A model generated the notes under the pieces. It worked only from the letters and a program-made list of their open reading frames with translations, was not told the DNA's origin and ran no database searches. This document shows, in pieces, positions 1-7,243 of a stretch of 42,406 bases of DNA. This DNA comes from a virus, in IMG/VR virus record IMGVR_UViG_3300020049_013145; one strand, given 5' to 3'. The translations under genes and the position numbers were made by a program. Positions within the stretch are counted from its first letter, which is position 1. Each line of letters opens with the position of its first letter.

Positions 1-121
1 CCTCTCAGCCAACAACGCACCACTCCTGGCCAAGGCTTTGTTGCGGGCTATGGAATCGCTAAAACGCACCCAGAACCGATTCTTAAATGAGGCACCAACA
101 GGCCTTCCTTTAGAGTCTAGA
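1..121. repeat. Terminal direct repeat, copy 1 (identical to 42286-42406)
   Basis: The first 121 nt (cctctcagccaacaacgcacc...tagagtctaga) are reproduced exactly as the last 121 nt of the window. Confidence 0.95.
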
Positions 122-205
122 GGACCTAGCCTCGCATGGGCAATGATGAGCGATTGTCGAAAGACGCTCGCCGACCTTGAGAAGCTGTTGGGAGGTGGGG
201 AGTGA
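1..205 (+). CDS. Ead/Ea22-like protein, C-terminal part (continuation of 42101-42406 across the contig junction)
   Basis: The reading frame from ATG 42101 runs off the end. After removing the 121-nt overlap it continues in frame from nt 122 to TGA 203-205. The tail ...LADLEKLLGGGE* is paralogous to 37140-37517. Confidence 0.8.
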   Translation, partial: LSANNAPLLAKALLRAMESLKRTQNRFLNEAPTGLPLESRGPSLAWAMMSDCRKTLADLEKLLGGGE

Positions 206-453
206 GTAAATCTGAAGAGCGCGGGGAGAAAATGTTATTAGCGTCTAAGCGAGCTGAATCTGACATAAAGCTTGCAATCGCGGATTCAAAAGAAGCGAGC
301 AAACGCCTATATCCGTATGAAGATACTCGCGGGAAAGATAAATACATTTCTTGTATTACAGGAATCGACGACGCCATAAAATATCTAACTAGAGCACAAG
401 AAATGATTCAAAGCGCGTTAACTCTGCTTCGCAAATCGAGAGAAGAAGAATGA
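202..453 (+). CDS. Hypothetical small protein (83 aa)
   Basis: ORF track. GTG start overlaps the upstream stop (GTGA). The stop overlaps the next ATG (ATGA). Confidence 0.65.
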   Translation: MSKSEERGEKMLLASKRAESDIKLAIADSKEASKRLYPYEDTRGKDKYISCITGIDDAIKYLTRAQEMIQSALTLLRKSREEE

Positions 454-710
454 AATCCCCTAAAGAACTGGCGCAAGAGGTGTTGGGAGGATTTAAATCC
501 TGCGACTTTTCTTACGATATAAAAGTATATATTATCGCCTCTGCAATGCTGAAGCTGGAGGAGGAGAAGGAGCTTCTCGTTGAAGCAATCACTAAAGTAA
601 AACGCACCGAGATCACTCATGGTTGCGAGGAGTGCTCGTCCATCTGGACAAACGTCTACGAGTTTCCTGCGTTGACTGAAGCACTCTCCAAAGTGACGGG
701 TGAGAAATGA
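450..710 (+). CDS. Hypothetical protein, member of the MK[ST]P[KR]ELAQEV / ...ALSKVTGEK paralog family
   Basis: ATGA coupling at both ends. The C-terminal 54 aa (LKLEEEKELLVEAITKVKRTEITHGCEECSSIWTNVYEFP...SKVTGEK) are near-identical to 38229-38555. Confidence 0.75.
   Translation: MKSPKELAQEVLGGFKSCDFSYDIKVYIIASAMLKLEEEKELLVEAITKVKRTEITHGCEECSSIWTNVYEFPALTEALSKVTGEK
548..710 (+). repeat. Dispersed direct repeat, 163 bp (partner 38393-38555)
   Basis: Hand alignment gives 142/163 identical positions, including a 26-nt perfect run (tccatctggacaaacgtctacgagtt). Confidence 0.85.
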
Positions 711-898
711 TAACCGTAGCAATCCTAATTAACGGCAATCCCATAATGGCAAGAAGTGCTGTGAATAAGAGAGAGTTCGATGACAAAGGAAGAACTAAGT
801 ATGAAGTCGATACAGGGGATGTCATCTGGCACGATCCAGCTATTGGTGCTGTTGAGCTTGCGCAATTGATGCTTAAGACTATAAAGAGGGAACCATGA
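707..898 (+). CDS. Hypothetical protein (63 aa)
   Basis: ORF track. ATGA overlaps with both neighbours. Confidence 0.65.
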   Translation: MITVAILINGNPIMARSAVNKREFDDKGRTKYEVDTGDVIWHDPAIGAVELAQLMLKTIKREP

Positions 899-1164
899 AG
901 CTAGAAGAGATCTTGCCATATATCCGTAAAGGCCGTCCTTTTAAAAGACAAAACTATGACTTATGGTTCACCATAAGAGAGAATATGCAAGAATCGTTTT
1001 CCCTTGAGTATCTTCTTGCGGAAAACTGGGAAGTGGAATTACAGCAAAAAGTTCTTAGAAAAGAAGACTTGTTAAAGGCTTACAACTCATCATCAGTATG
1101 GGGACCGACAAGTGGACTTAACTTAGACTTTGAAGCTTTTTGCAGAGAGCTGGGCTTTGAATGA
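895..1164 (+). CDS. Hypothetical protein (89 aa)
   Basis: ORF track. ATGA overlaps with both neighbours. Confidence 0.65.
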   Translation: MKLEEILPYIRKGRPFKRQNYDLWFTIRENMQESFSLEYLLAENWEVELQQKVLRKEDLLKAYNSSSVWGPTSGLNLDFEAFCRELGFE

Positions 1165-1436
1165 ATACAGTCTATGTCTACAGAGTCTATCGTCACAAGA
1201 AGTTCATAGGAACGTATACGTCTATGGGCAGGATAACCAGAAAATCGATCAGCACTCTGCTCTCTCCTACTGTTTTTAAACAAGAGTACGGAAGAAAGTA
1301 CGAAGAGATTAATATCCCTATAAAGCTAATACCAACTGACGATGGCATCTTTACAGGATGGGAAAGAGTTTTAGACTTATCAAAGAAGAGCGATAGGCAG
1401 ATTTCTGAACTTAAAAAATGGGGAATTATTAAATGA
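1161..1436 (+). CDS. Hypothetical protein (91 aa)
   Basis: ORF track. ATGA overlap with the upstream gene. Confidence 0.65.
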   Translation: MNTVYVYRVYRHKKFIGTYTSMGRITRKSISTLLSPTVFKQEYGRKYEEINIPIKLIPTDDGIFTGWERVLDLSKKSDRQISELKKWGIIK

Positions 1437-1522
1437 AATACGTAGAGGGTCTTTTGTTTGGCTCAGGATTCATGACTGCGGTTGTAATATTTAAAGTTTT
1501 GTTTCATGTTACGGCTTGTTGA
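1433..1522 (+). CDS. Possible 29-aa hydrophobic mini-protein (MKYVEGLLFGSGFMTAVVIFKVLFHVTAC)
   Basis: Below the ORF-track size cutoff. The ATG overlaps the upstream stop (ATGA), and a single hydrophobic helix is predicted by eye. Confidence 0.35.
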   Translation: MKYVEGLLFGSGFMTAVVIFKVLFHVTAC

Positions 1523-2076
1523 AATTTAGATGTCCCTACAGGGCGCGAAGCCAAAGTAATTTGGCATAGCAAGGTCGATGGCGCTTAGACCCTGGAGCGA
1601 TCCATCCCCCGGCTGGGCGGGAGAACAATCGAGTGGTCTGACTCATTGGGACCCAGTTAAAAGGCAGCACTCAAGAGCTTTAGATCGGTAATCTAGTGAG
1701 CCCGATCTATGAACTTGAGCGCGGTTAACCGATGCGAGATTCGGTATATTTTTAAATTTGCGGCGGCGTGGAAGGACACGTCTAACACCGACTAACTATA
1801 GGGCCTCCGTCATCCACACTATCTTGAGCTGAGTGGAGCGGGTTTTGGTGATGAGAATCTCAAGAATTCTCAATGAATGGCCTAAGCAGGTACTCAAGCC
1901 CTGCCCGCAAAAAACTAATGGATATCAATGTTAGTAGTTCGGCCTAATATTAGGCCTTGTTAGGTATTAGTTCTAATATGGGTGGACATGGTAGCTAGCC
2001 TGAAGTCCAGTCCTGGCACATCCCGGATATACGTTAGGGTAAAGGTCCGGCAGAGGAAGCGCTAGTCCACCCGCCC
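1523..2076. ncRNA. Candidate large structured noncoding RNA (strand undetermined). Could instead be a packaging or terminal-repeat region.
   Basis: No ORF of 60 aa or more on any frame across ~550 nt of a gene-dense genome. Many perfect helices are visible:
- GCCAAA-GTAA-TTTGGC (1550-1565)
- nested CTCAAG/CTTGAG (1670-1675/1714-1719) around TAGATCGG/CCGATCTA (1681-1688/1702-1709)
- ACCGA/TCGGT (1728-1745)
- CGTG/CACG (1767-1780)
- TCTTGAG/CTCAAGA (1822-1828/1859-1865)
- GGCCTAATATTAGGCC (1941-1956)
- GGGTGGAC/GTCCACCC (1980-1987/2065-2072) enclosing CCGGA/TCCGG (2023-2027/2046-2050). Confidence 0.4.
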
Positions 2077-2598
2077 ATTAAACTTATCACGAGCCTCTTG
2101 CTGCTTATGAAATTCAGCGACCTTTTTCTCTATTCTCTTCACTCTCTGGCAGATAGTTGACTCAGTCACATTTAGCTTTTTTCCAATTTCTCGCTTTTTC
2201 ATGCCTTCGAAATAAAATAATTCAATCAACTCAAGCTGCGTTGTGTTCAATCTTTTTTTAAACAGGTTCAACATCAAGGCAGAGTCTAATAATACGTCGG
2301 CACCCAAAGCAGGGCTTTCATGTGAATCGAGAGGCCCCTTATCAAGGCTTAAGCCATAGGCATCAATCACTCTACCCATCTGTCTTTTTCCAGTATTATT
2401 CTCCCCCCATATAAGACGCATTGAATCGATTAAGGCGTAGGAGATGAACTTCTTTGTGCGCGGCATTTTGCTCATGAATAGATTGAGCGCAGTCTCTTGA
2501 ATGAGATCTTCTGTGCGCTCCTTTACAAAGTCAGGCGCTCGGTAGAGAATCTTTCGACACATCTTTGCTATGTCTTTGTATTCTTCAGCGTAGTCCAT
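2062..2598 (-). CDS. Sigma-70 family (ECF-like) RNA polymerase sigma factor
   Basis: Region-2-like EDLIQETALNLFMS and region-4 HTH QLELIELFYFEGMKKREIGKKLNVTESTICQRVKRIEKKV. Start set at the internal ATG 2598 (MDYAEEYKD, AAGG 3 nt upstream), because the longer ORF to 2709 would overlap the divergent lipoprotein gene. Confidence 0.8.
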   Translation of the reverse strand: MDYAEEYKDIAKMCRKILYRAPDFVKERTEDLIQETALNLFMSKMPRTKKFISYALIDSMRLIWGENNTGKRQMGRVIDAYGLSLDKGPLDSHESPALGADVLLDSALMLNLFKKRLNTTQLELIELFYFEGMKKREIGKKLNVTESTICQRVKRIEKKVAEFHKQQEARDKFNGRVD

Positions 2599-2640
2599 AA
2601 CCTTAAGGTATATTACTTTAAACCATAGAGGATATAGAAG

Positions 2641-2841
2641 ATGAAAATATTGATAGCACTTTCCACACTTCTCTTGTCTGCATGCGCGACTACACAATAC
2701 AAAGGGCACCCAGAGTGTGCGCCTTCACCAAGTCTTTGCTGGCATGACTTTAGAGACCCAGTGACTGATAAGTTTTGTACGACAAAATCAGTCGACCGTG
2801 TGGATGAACATGAGATCAGAATGGAGTTCTTTTGTCAGTGA
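2641..2841 (+). CDS. Small lipoprotein (66 aa)
   Basis: Signal peptide with lipobox (MKILIALSTLLLSAC). AGAGGA lies upstream of the ATG. Four further Cys residues. Confidence 0.7.
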   Translation: MKILIALSTLLLSACATTQYKGHPECAPSPSLCWHDFRDPVTDKFCTTKSVDRVDEHEIRMEFFCQ

Positions 2842-2913
2842 GCGTGCTTGACAGTCTCTTCTCTCAAAGATAGCCAGAGAGAAATACGCAACACTTTAAA
2901 CAAAGGATCACAG

Positions 2914-3228
2914 ATGAATACAACTCCTACAACTGAGACTGGCACGGCAAAAAGTTCCACGTGGAACGACGCATTGCCCAACACTACTACTGAAGGCGCA
3001 ACCAAGTGGGCACTCGAGACCTTCACATCAAAGCCTTTGAACGAATGGCAAACCAATCAGATTAATAACCTAAGGCAACAAACCGCTTGGCTTTGGGATA
3101 CGATCGACAACATTACCGACCGTACAAAAGAAACAACTACTCCAGAAGTGGCAAGACTCACCTCTCTTGCTAAGACCAATCTTGAACAAGCTTTCATGTG
3201 GGCGACCAAAGCGATCAGCCGCAAGTAG
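2914..3228 (+). CDS. Hypothetical Thr-rich protein (104 aa)
   Basis: ATG 2914 is preceded by AAAGGA. The ORF track extends to a TTG at 2848, which I consider less likely. Confidence 0.6.
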   Translation: MNTTPTTETGTAKSSTWNDALPNTTTEGATKWALETFTSKPLNEWQTNQINNLRQQTAWLWDTIDNITDRTKETTTPEVARLTSLAKTNLEQAFMWATKAISRK

Positions 3229-3244
3229 TCTCTCGCCTGAAATA

Positions 3245-3296
3245 CTCCAGTCCTTAGATTTTACTATCGCGCTGATACTAGGTTTAGGGACTGGAG
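3245..3296. other. Inverted repeat, 9-bp perfect stem (CTCCAGTCC / GGACTGGAG) with a 34-nt loop
   Basis: Read directly. It lies in the intergenic gap after the stop at 3228. There is no U-tract, so it is not called a terminator. Confidence 0.4.
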
Positions 3297-3340
3297 AACT
3301 CTCCTAGTCATCCCCTCATTCTTTCTGTAACCTTTAAAAC

Positions 3341-3538
3341 ATGAAGGCCTCCAAGACCATTCACGACATAAGCGAACCACAGTGGGATGAGATAAAGAAG
3401 CTGTGCAATGAGCTAAGGCTTGGTGGTGAGTTTGGCGGCGACATAGCAAAGTGCATGGTCTATGCTTTCGTGATATGGGTCAGCACATCCAAGGTTGAGG
3501 TTGCAATTGAAGTGGCCGACTATCAAAACCTGCATTAA
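3341..3538 (+). CDS. Hypothetical protein (65 aa)
   Basis: ORF track. No convincing SD. Confidence 0.5.
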   Translation: MKASKTIHDISEPQWDEIKKLCNELRLGGEFGGDIAKCMVYAFVIWVSTSKVEVAIEVADYQNLH

Positions 3539-3553
3539 ATTCTTATGTGTAAA

Positions 3554-3979
3554 CTACAGCATCCCGATAATAGCGTATCTAGGCTTCCGCATGGCGATGG
3601 GCTTCCTTTGAATAAGGTGCCTGACTCTAACGTAGGCGTTGTGTTTAATGGCCGCCTCTTCACTATTGGTAAGGTGACCGCCGGAGCCCGCCTCGACGAT
3701 GCGATACGGATCTATCAACATCGCCACATGTACAATCTTCGACACGCTCTCCCCGTAGAAAGTAAGGACGCCGATGTTAGGGGCAGGGGATCTTTCGCCA
3801 ATGCGATCATAGTGATCAAAAAGACCTTGTGCCGTTTGATCTCCAGGTGGATCAAGTCCAACCGAAGCAAGTAGCTCTTGGATAAACCCAGAGCAGTCAT
3901 AGCCTGCCATTGGATCGTCACCAGCCCATCTATACGGAACCCCTACAAACTGCATGGCATAGTCACGAAGGATGTTCAT
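3554..3979 (-). CDS. NlpC/P60-family peptidoglycan endopeptidase (endolysin)
   Basis: GVPYRWAGDDPMAGYDCSGF (catalytic Cys context) and a downstream HVAML His motif. Last gene of the lysis cassette, with ATGA overlap to the upstream gene. Confidence 0.85.
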   Translation of the reverse strand: MNILRDYAMQFVGVPYRWAGDDPMAGYDCSGFIQELLASVGLDPPGDQTAQGLFDHYDRIGERSPAPNIGVLTFYGESVSKIVHVAMLIDPYRIVEAGSGGHLTNSEEAAIKHNAYVRVRHLIQRKPIAMRKPRYAIIGML

Positions 3980-4380
3980 CTGCCCGATACCCTCTTTGGT
4001 TTAATGGCCGACTTCTTTGCAAGTATGGTTTGGCCAGCCTGCATGCTAGCAATGAGCTTCTTTGTTTCAAACGAACAACTCTTCTTTAGAAGTCTGCATG
4101 CCGTCTTAAGCTCAGTCACGATCTTCTGCGTATCAATAGATGAGAAGCACACAGCTGCACCCTTAGCGGGTCGCCCTGCCTTTGCTTCTTGCGGCTCTAG
4201 GAAGTTGATGAACTCATCAAAGGAGAGGTCAAAGGTTTCGTCGTGATTGGTGTGTGAGCATATGCCGCCAGCAAACACAGCGCCAGCAGGACTGCATCCG
4301 ATCTTATCGGCAATAGTCATGTGGTTACAGCCTGCGCTAAGCAGTGCGAATAAAAGTAGAGAGACGAGATTTGGCTTCAT
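3976..4380 (-). CDS. Lipoprotein (134 aa), possible outer-membrane spanin-like or lysis-associated component
   Basis: Internal start gives MKPNLVSLLLFALLSAGC (lipobox). It begins 44 nt inside the upstream gene (4337-4705) and ends in ATGA overlap with the endolysin. Confidence 0.65.
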   Translation of the reverse strand: MKPNLVSLLLFALLSAGCNHMTIADKIGCSPAGAVFAGGICSHTNHDETFDLSFDEFINFLEPQEAKAGRPAKGAAVCFSSIDTQKIVTELKTACRLLKKSCSFETKKLIASMQAGQTILAKKSAIKPKRVSGR

Positions 4381-4705
4381 CACGAGCCTTCTTAAATTCT
4401 TCAGACTCCACCCCTTTTGTGTGAGCAATGAGCTTTAGTTTGAGTTGGGCCTCATCAAAAGCTGCTCTGTGGATTGGATCAATAAACCGAATATAGGACA
4501 CATCGATCGATACAATAATCTTATCAAAGAGCCACTCAGACCCTTTGTTGACTAGGCTCTCAAAGACCGTACTTAGGATTGGCCAATTGAGAAAGGGAAG
4601 TGTGGTCCTGGCTGTAGCCTTGAACCACTTAATGCCTATGTCCCATACGATCTCTTTAAAGATCTTTTGGATATCGGTTAATGTTTTGTTTACTGATTCT
4701 GACAT
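4337..4705 (-). CDS. Hypothetical lysis-cassette protein (122 aa)
   Basis: ORF track. Sits between the TM proteins and the lipoprotein. Charged helical C-terminus. Confidence 0.65.
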   Translation of the reverse strand: MSESVNKTLTDIQKIFKEIVWDIGIKWFKATARTTLPFLNWPILSTVFESLVNKGSEWLFDKIIVSIDVSYIRFIDPIHRAAFDEAQLKLKLIAHTKGVESEEFKKARDEAKSRLSTFIRTA

Positions 4706-4739
4706 AGAGAGAAGAGGGCGACTTGCGCCGCCCCCTACA

Positions 4740-5051
4740 TTAAGCCTGTTTCAATGCAGCTTTGAGCACTGCACCTAATGCATCGTCGATCTTGTTGTCG
4801 GTTGCGGCAACGAGCTTCTCGACAAGCATATCAATATCGACTTTGAGTTCGTTCATCACTGCGCCATCAACAGCAGCAACAGAAAGCACAAGCTTGCCTT
4901 CTGCTACTTTAACGTCGAGTTTAAATCCAGCGCCTAGTTCAATGTCTTTCTTTTCCATTTTCTTTCCCCTATTCATAAGCAAGATGAACAATGTCAATCC
5001 CGCGGTTATCAACTCAAGCATAGAGTTGGTGTGTGTGTGTTGCCCTTCCAT
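4740..5051 (-). CDS. Membrane protein with an N-terminal TM helix (holin, antiholin or i-spanin-like candidate)
   Basis: ATG 5051 is preceded by AAGGGG. The TM segment is LELITAGLTLFILLM. A second in-frame ATG with its own GGGGAAAG lies 32 codons downstream of ATG 5051, so dual starts are possible. Confidence 0.6.
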   Translation of the reverse strand: MEGQHTHTNSMLELITAGLTLFILLMNRGKKMEKKDIELGAGFKLDVKVAEGKLVLSVAAVDGAVMNELKVDIDMLVEKLVAATDNKIDDALGAVLKAALKQA

Positions 5052-5075
5052 GAGCACCCCTTTTTATTGTGTAGG

Positions 5076-5306
5076 CTAGTGTCGCCAGCCATTTGCCCAC
5101 AGAACGAAGTAGATCGTTGCTGCTGCAAATGCTGCTGCAAAAGAGAAGATCGACCAACGGCCAAACGCGATGAGGATCTCATCGAACCGCTCTTTGATCG
5201 CTTCCTTCACCAATCTTTTAAATTCTTCTGGTTGCATCTCTGGCATCAGTATCGCCTCCATGCGACTATGACCGTTGATACCTCTTGAGAGTACGGTAAT
5301 CGTCAT
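5076..5306 (-). CDS. Small protein with a C-terminal TM helix (holin candidate)
   Basis: AGAGGG SD before ATG 5306. The TM segment is WSIFSFAAAFAAATIYFVLW. First gene after the tail fiber. Confidence 0.6.
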   Translation of the reverse strand: MTITVLSRGINGHSRMEAILMPEMQPEEFKRLVKEAIKERFDEILIAFGRWSIFSFAAAFAAATIYFVLWANGWRH

Positions 5307-5322
5307 GACATGCCCTCTTTAC

Positions 5323-7185
5323 TTAAGCTATTTTATCAAACCTAAGAACTGCATAGTAGTTATCAAGACCCACATTGTTGTTTGCTACGCCTAATCCAGA
5401 TCCACCAATGGCGTTTGCACACCAGTATTGAAGCTCGAAAGTTTTTGACCCTGCTATAACAATAACTCCTTGCATAGTAGCCGTTACTTGATCTCCGCCA
5501 GCGACGTTTGGACCATAAGAATCGGTCCCACCTTCACAAGCAACAGCCGCATCTGTTGTGTTGTAGAGCCTAATCTTCCCACTAGAGGTTAGATAAAAAA
5601 CAGAGCTTGCCTCAACGATATAAGTTCCAGCAGATAGAGTAACTTGATTGGATGAGAGTGTTCCAAAAGATTGAAGAGATGATGTCTCGTTTATAGTTAA
5701 ATCATGTCTCGTCCATGTCGTTGCTGCAGAGTTTCCACCATTCACGTTGTAGGCTTTCTTATCTTTAAAGATTGCAGGAACAAGAGCAGCTGGAACAGCC
5801 CAGGTGCCATTAGCCTTTAAGAACTTACCAGCCGCAGTATCACCGCTTGCAGGAGCAGGAGCTAATCCCTTGGTTCCACCAGAACCAGAATCACCAACCA
5901 TTGCATTTAGGATCGCAGTTGTTTGAGTGGCGGTTAAATCTGTAGGAGTAGCAGACCCACCAGTGTTGTTGCCCTTAATCGTCATCGTTGCCATCGTTGC
6001 AAGCTGGGCATTGATGATTGGTGAGATGATGCCAAAATCTACAGCAGTCCAGATGTCTGGTGTTGGATCCGTATCGGCAATAAGCTGAACACCACTTGTT
6101 GCAATGGATAAGGTTTTACTCGTTGCCCCATCAATCGTATCAGTGCTTGATCGGTTGATCGTGACCGAATTTGATCCTGTCTCAAGCTTTACGCCAACAA
6201 CAAATGGGAGAGTTAAGGTTGAGATCTGAGGGAGTGTGATGACGATTGCACCACTTGTCGTATCGCATACTAAGAGTTTACCGTTGTCAGAAGAGGTAAC
6301 AGCACGAGGAGAGCTTGCTGATGTCAGGAACACAACGTCCCGCCAAAGAGCTGAAGCCAAAGTAGCAGCTGCAGCTGCAGCTGAGGCCGCTGCATCTACG
6401 GCATACTTCTTTGCAGAGTACTCCGTATTGTCAACTATTCCGCCAGTGTAGTTTGCCCAGTCTTTAGATGATCCACCGTTTGCAAGTCCACGACGCTGAA
6501 CACCTACGGCATATTCTTTAGAAGAGTATTCTGATCCATCAACTGTAGTTGAGGTTTCAGTAGCCCAGTCTTCAGCCAGTGCTTCAGATGCTGCCGCTGC
6601 TACTGCTGAGGCTTGTGCTGAGATCGCTGAGGCTTGCGCAGTGGCCACTTCATCAAAGGTAGGTCCTACGGCAAAGCCATCGCCATCAGCATTAGTACCA
6701 ATGACAACGCTTTCAGCACCAATAAGTTCTGAAGGAAGACTTGTGTCAAAGCTTGAGGGGTCAATCGTTTCAGAGAGCTTCATCGAACGATCGATCTCAT
6801 CTTGCTGCTGTTGAGCCATCATGGTGAGAGCGTCGAACCCATCTTCGTGGATCTCTGGAAAGAACGGACCTTGGTTCCTGATGTCTGCTTCTTGGATAAG
6901 GGGAAGCACGCGTCTTATGGTAAGGTGATAGCCAGTCTTAAGATCGCCATCAACATCAAGCCAAGCCTGGCCTGAGTTAACGAACACGATTGTGCCACCC
7001 GTGTTGCTACCAACTCCTGTTACCGTGTAATCTACATCGACAGTAAGCAGAGTCTCAACATCATCTAAATCTTTTACCGTAACCTTTAGATCGGTCTTTG
7101 CAAAAATTCTAAACGTGTAGTTGTAGGTATCAACAGCACCGTTGCCGGTGAGATCAACTCGGTTGGTTGTCGAAGATATGGTCAT
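5323..7185 (-). CDS. Tail fiber / receptor-binding protein (620 aa)
   Basis: Last structural gene. Ala/Ser-rich coiled segment with repeated (E/K)YS(S/A)K(E/K)YA motifs typical of podovirus fibers. Gly-rich beta C-terminus. Confidence 0.75.
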   Translation of the reverse strand: MTISSTTNRVDLTGNGAVDTYNYTFRIFAKTDLKVTVKDLDDVETLLTVDVDYTVTGVGSNTGGTIVFVNSGQAWLDVDGDLKTGYHLTIRRVLPLIQEADIRNQGPFFPEIHEDGFDALTMMAQQQQDEIDRSMKLSETIDPSSFDTSLPSELIGAESVVIGTNADGDGFAVGPTFDEVATAQASAISAQASAVAAAASEALAEDWATETSTTVDGSEYSSKEYAVGVQRRGLANGGSSKDWANYTGGIVDNTEYSAKKYAVDAAASAAAAAATLASALWRDVVFLTSASSPRAVTSSDNGKLLVCDTTSGAIVITLPQISTLTLPFVVGVKLETGSNSVTINRSSTDTIDGATSKTLSIATSGVQLIADTDPTPDIWTAVDFGIISPIINAQLATMATMTIKGNNTGGSATPTDLTATQTTAILNAMVGDSGSGGTKGLAPAPASGDTAAGKFLKANGTWAVPAALVPAIFKDKKAYNVNGGNSAATTWTRHDLTINETSSLQSFGTLSSNQVTLSAGTYIVEASSVFYLTSSGKIRLYNTTDAAVACEGGTDSYGPNVAGGDQVTATMQGVIVIAGSKTFELQYWCANAIGGSGLGVANNNVGLDNYYAVLRFDKIA

Positions 7186-7243
7186 TAGTTCTCTCCTGCA
7201 GTCACTAGTGTAATGCGTTGATTATGCTTTGCCATCTTAAAAC

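Noticed and set aside
1523-2061. A group I or group II intron, hammerhead or twister ribozyme, or tmRNA in the ORF-free region.
   Set aside because: - There are no flanking exon halves of a split gene.
- I could not find GUGYG, a domain V-like hairpin, the CUGAUGA...GAAA hammerhead core, or the tmRNA 5'-GGGG...3'-T-arm-ACCA termini.

This is by-eye inspection only, so a covariance-model scan is still needed.
2599-2709. The N-terminal 37-aa extension of the sigma-factor ORF (ORF track 2062-2709).
   Set aside because: The extension is Cys-rich and hydrophobic, unlike sigma region 1/2. It would overlap the divergent lipoprotein gene start at 2641. The internal ATG 2598 gives a standard-length ECF-type protein.
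2848-2853. TTGACA at 2848-2853 as the -35 element of a promoter for the 2914 gene.
   Set aside because: The best -10 at 17-nt spacing is TAGCCA, which matches only T1, A2 and A5 of TATAAT and lacks the key T6. This is too weak to report as a feature. It also coincides with the alternative TTG start of the ORF track.
3545-4246. Plus-strand ORFs 3545-3874 and 3878-4246, opposite the endolysin and lipoprotein genes.
   Set aside because: The minus-strand products have clear NlpC/P60 and lipobox signatures and are ATGA-coupled. The plus-strand translations show no motifs and would require full antisense overlap.
5323-7185. A diversity-generating retroelement targeting the tail fiber, considered because the head genes resemble BPP-1-type phages.
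   Set aside because: There is no reverse transcriptase ORF anywhere in the genome, and I found no template-repeat copy of the fiber C-terminus. The short AAC/AAT run near the C-terminus is insufficient evidence.
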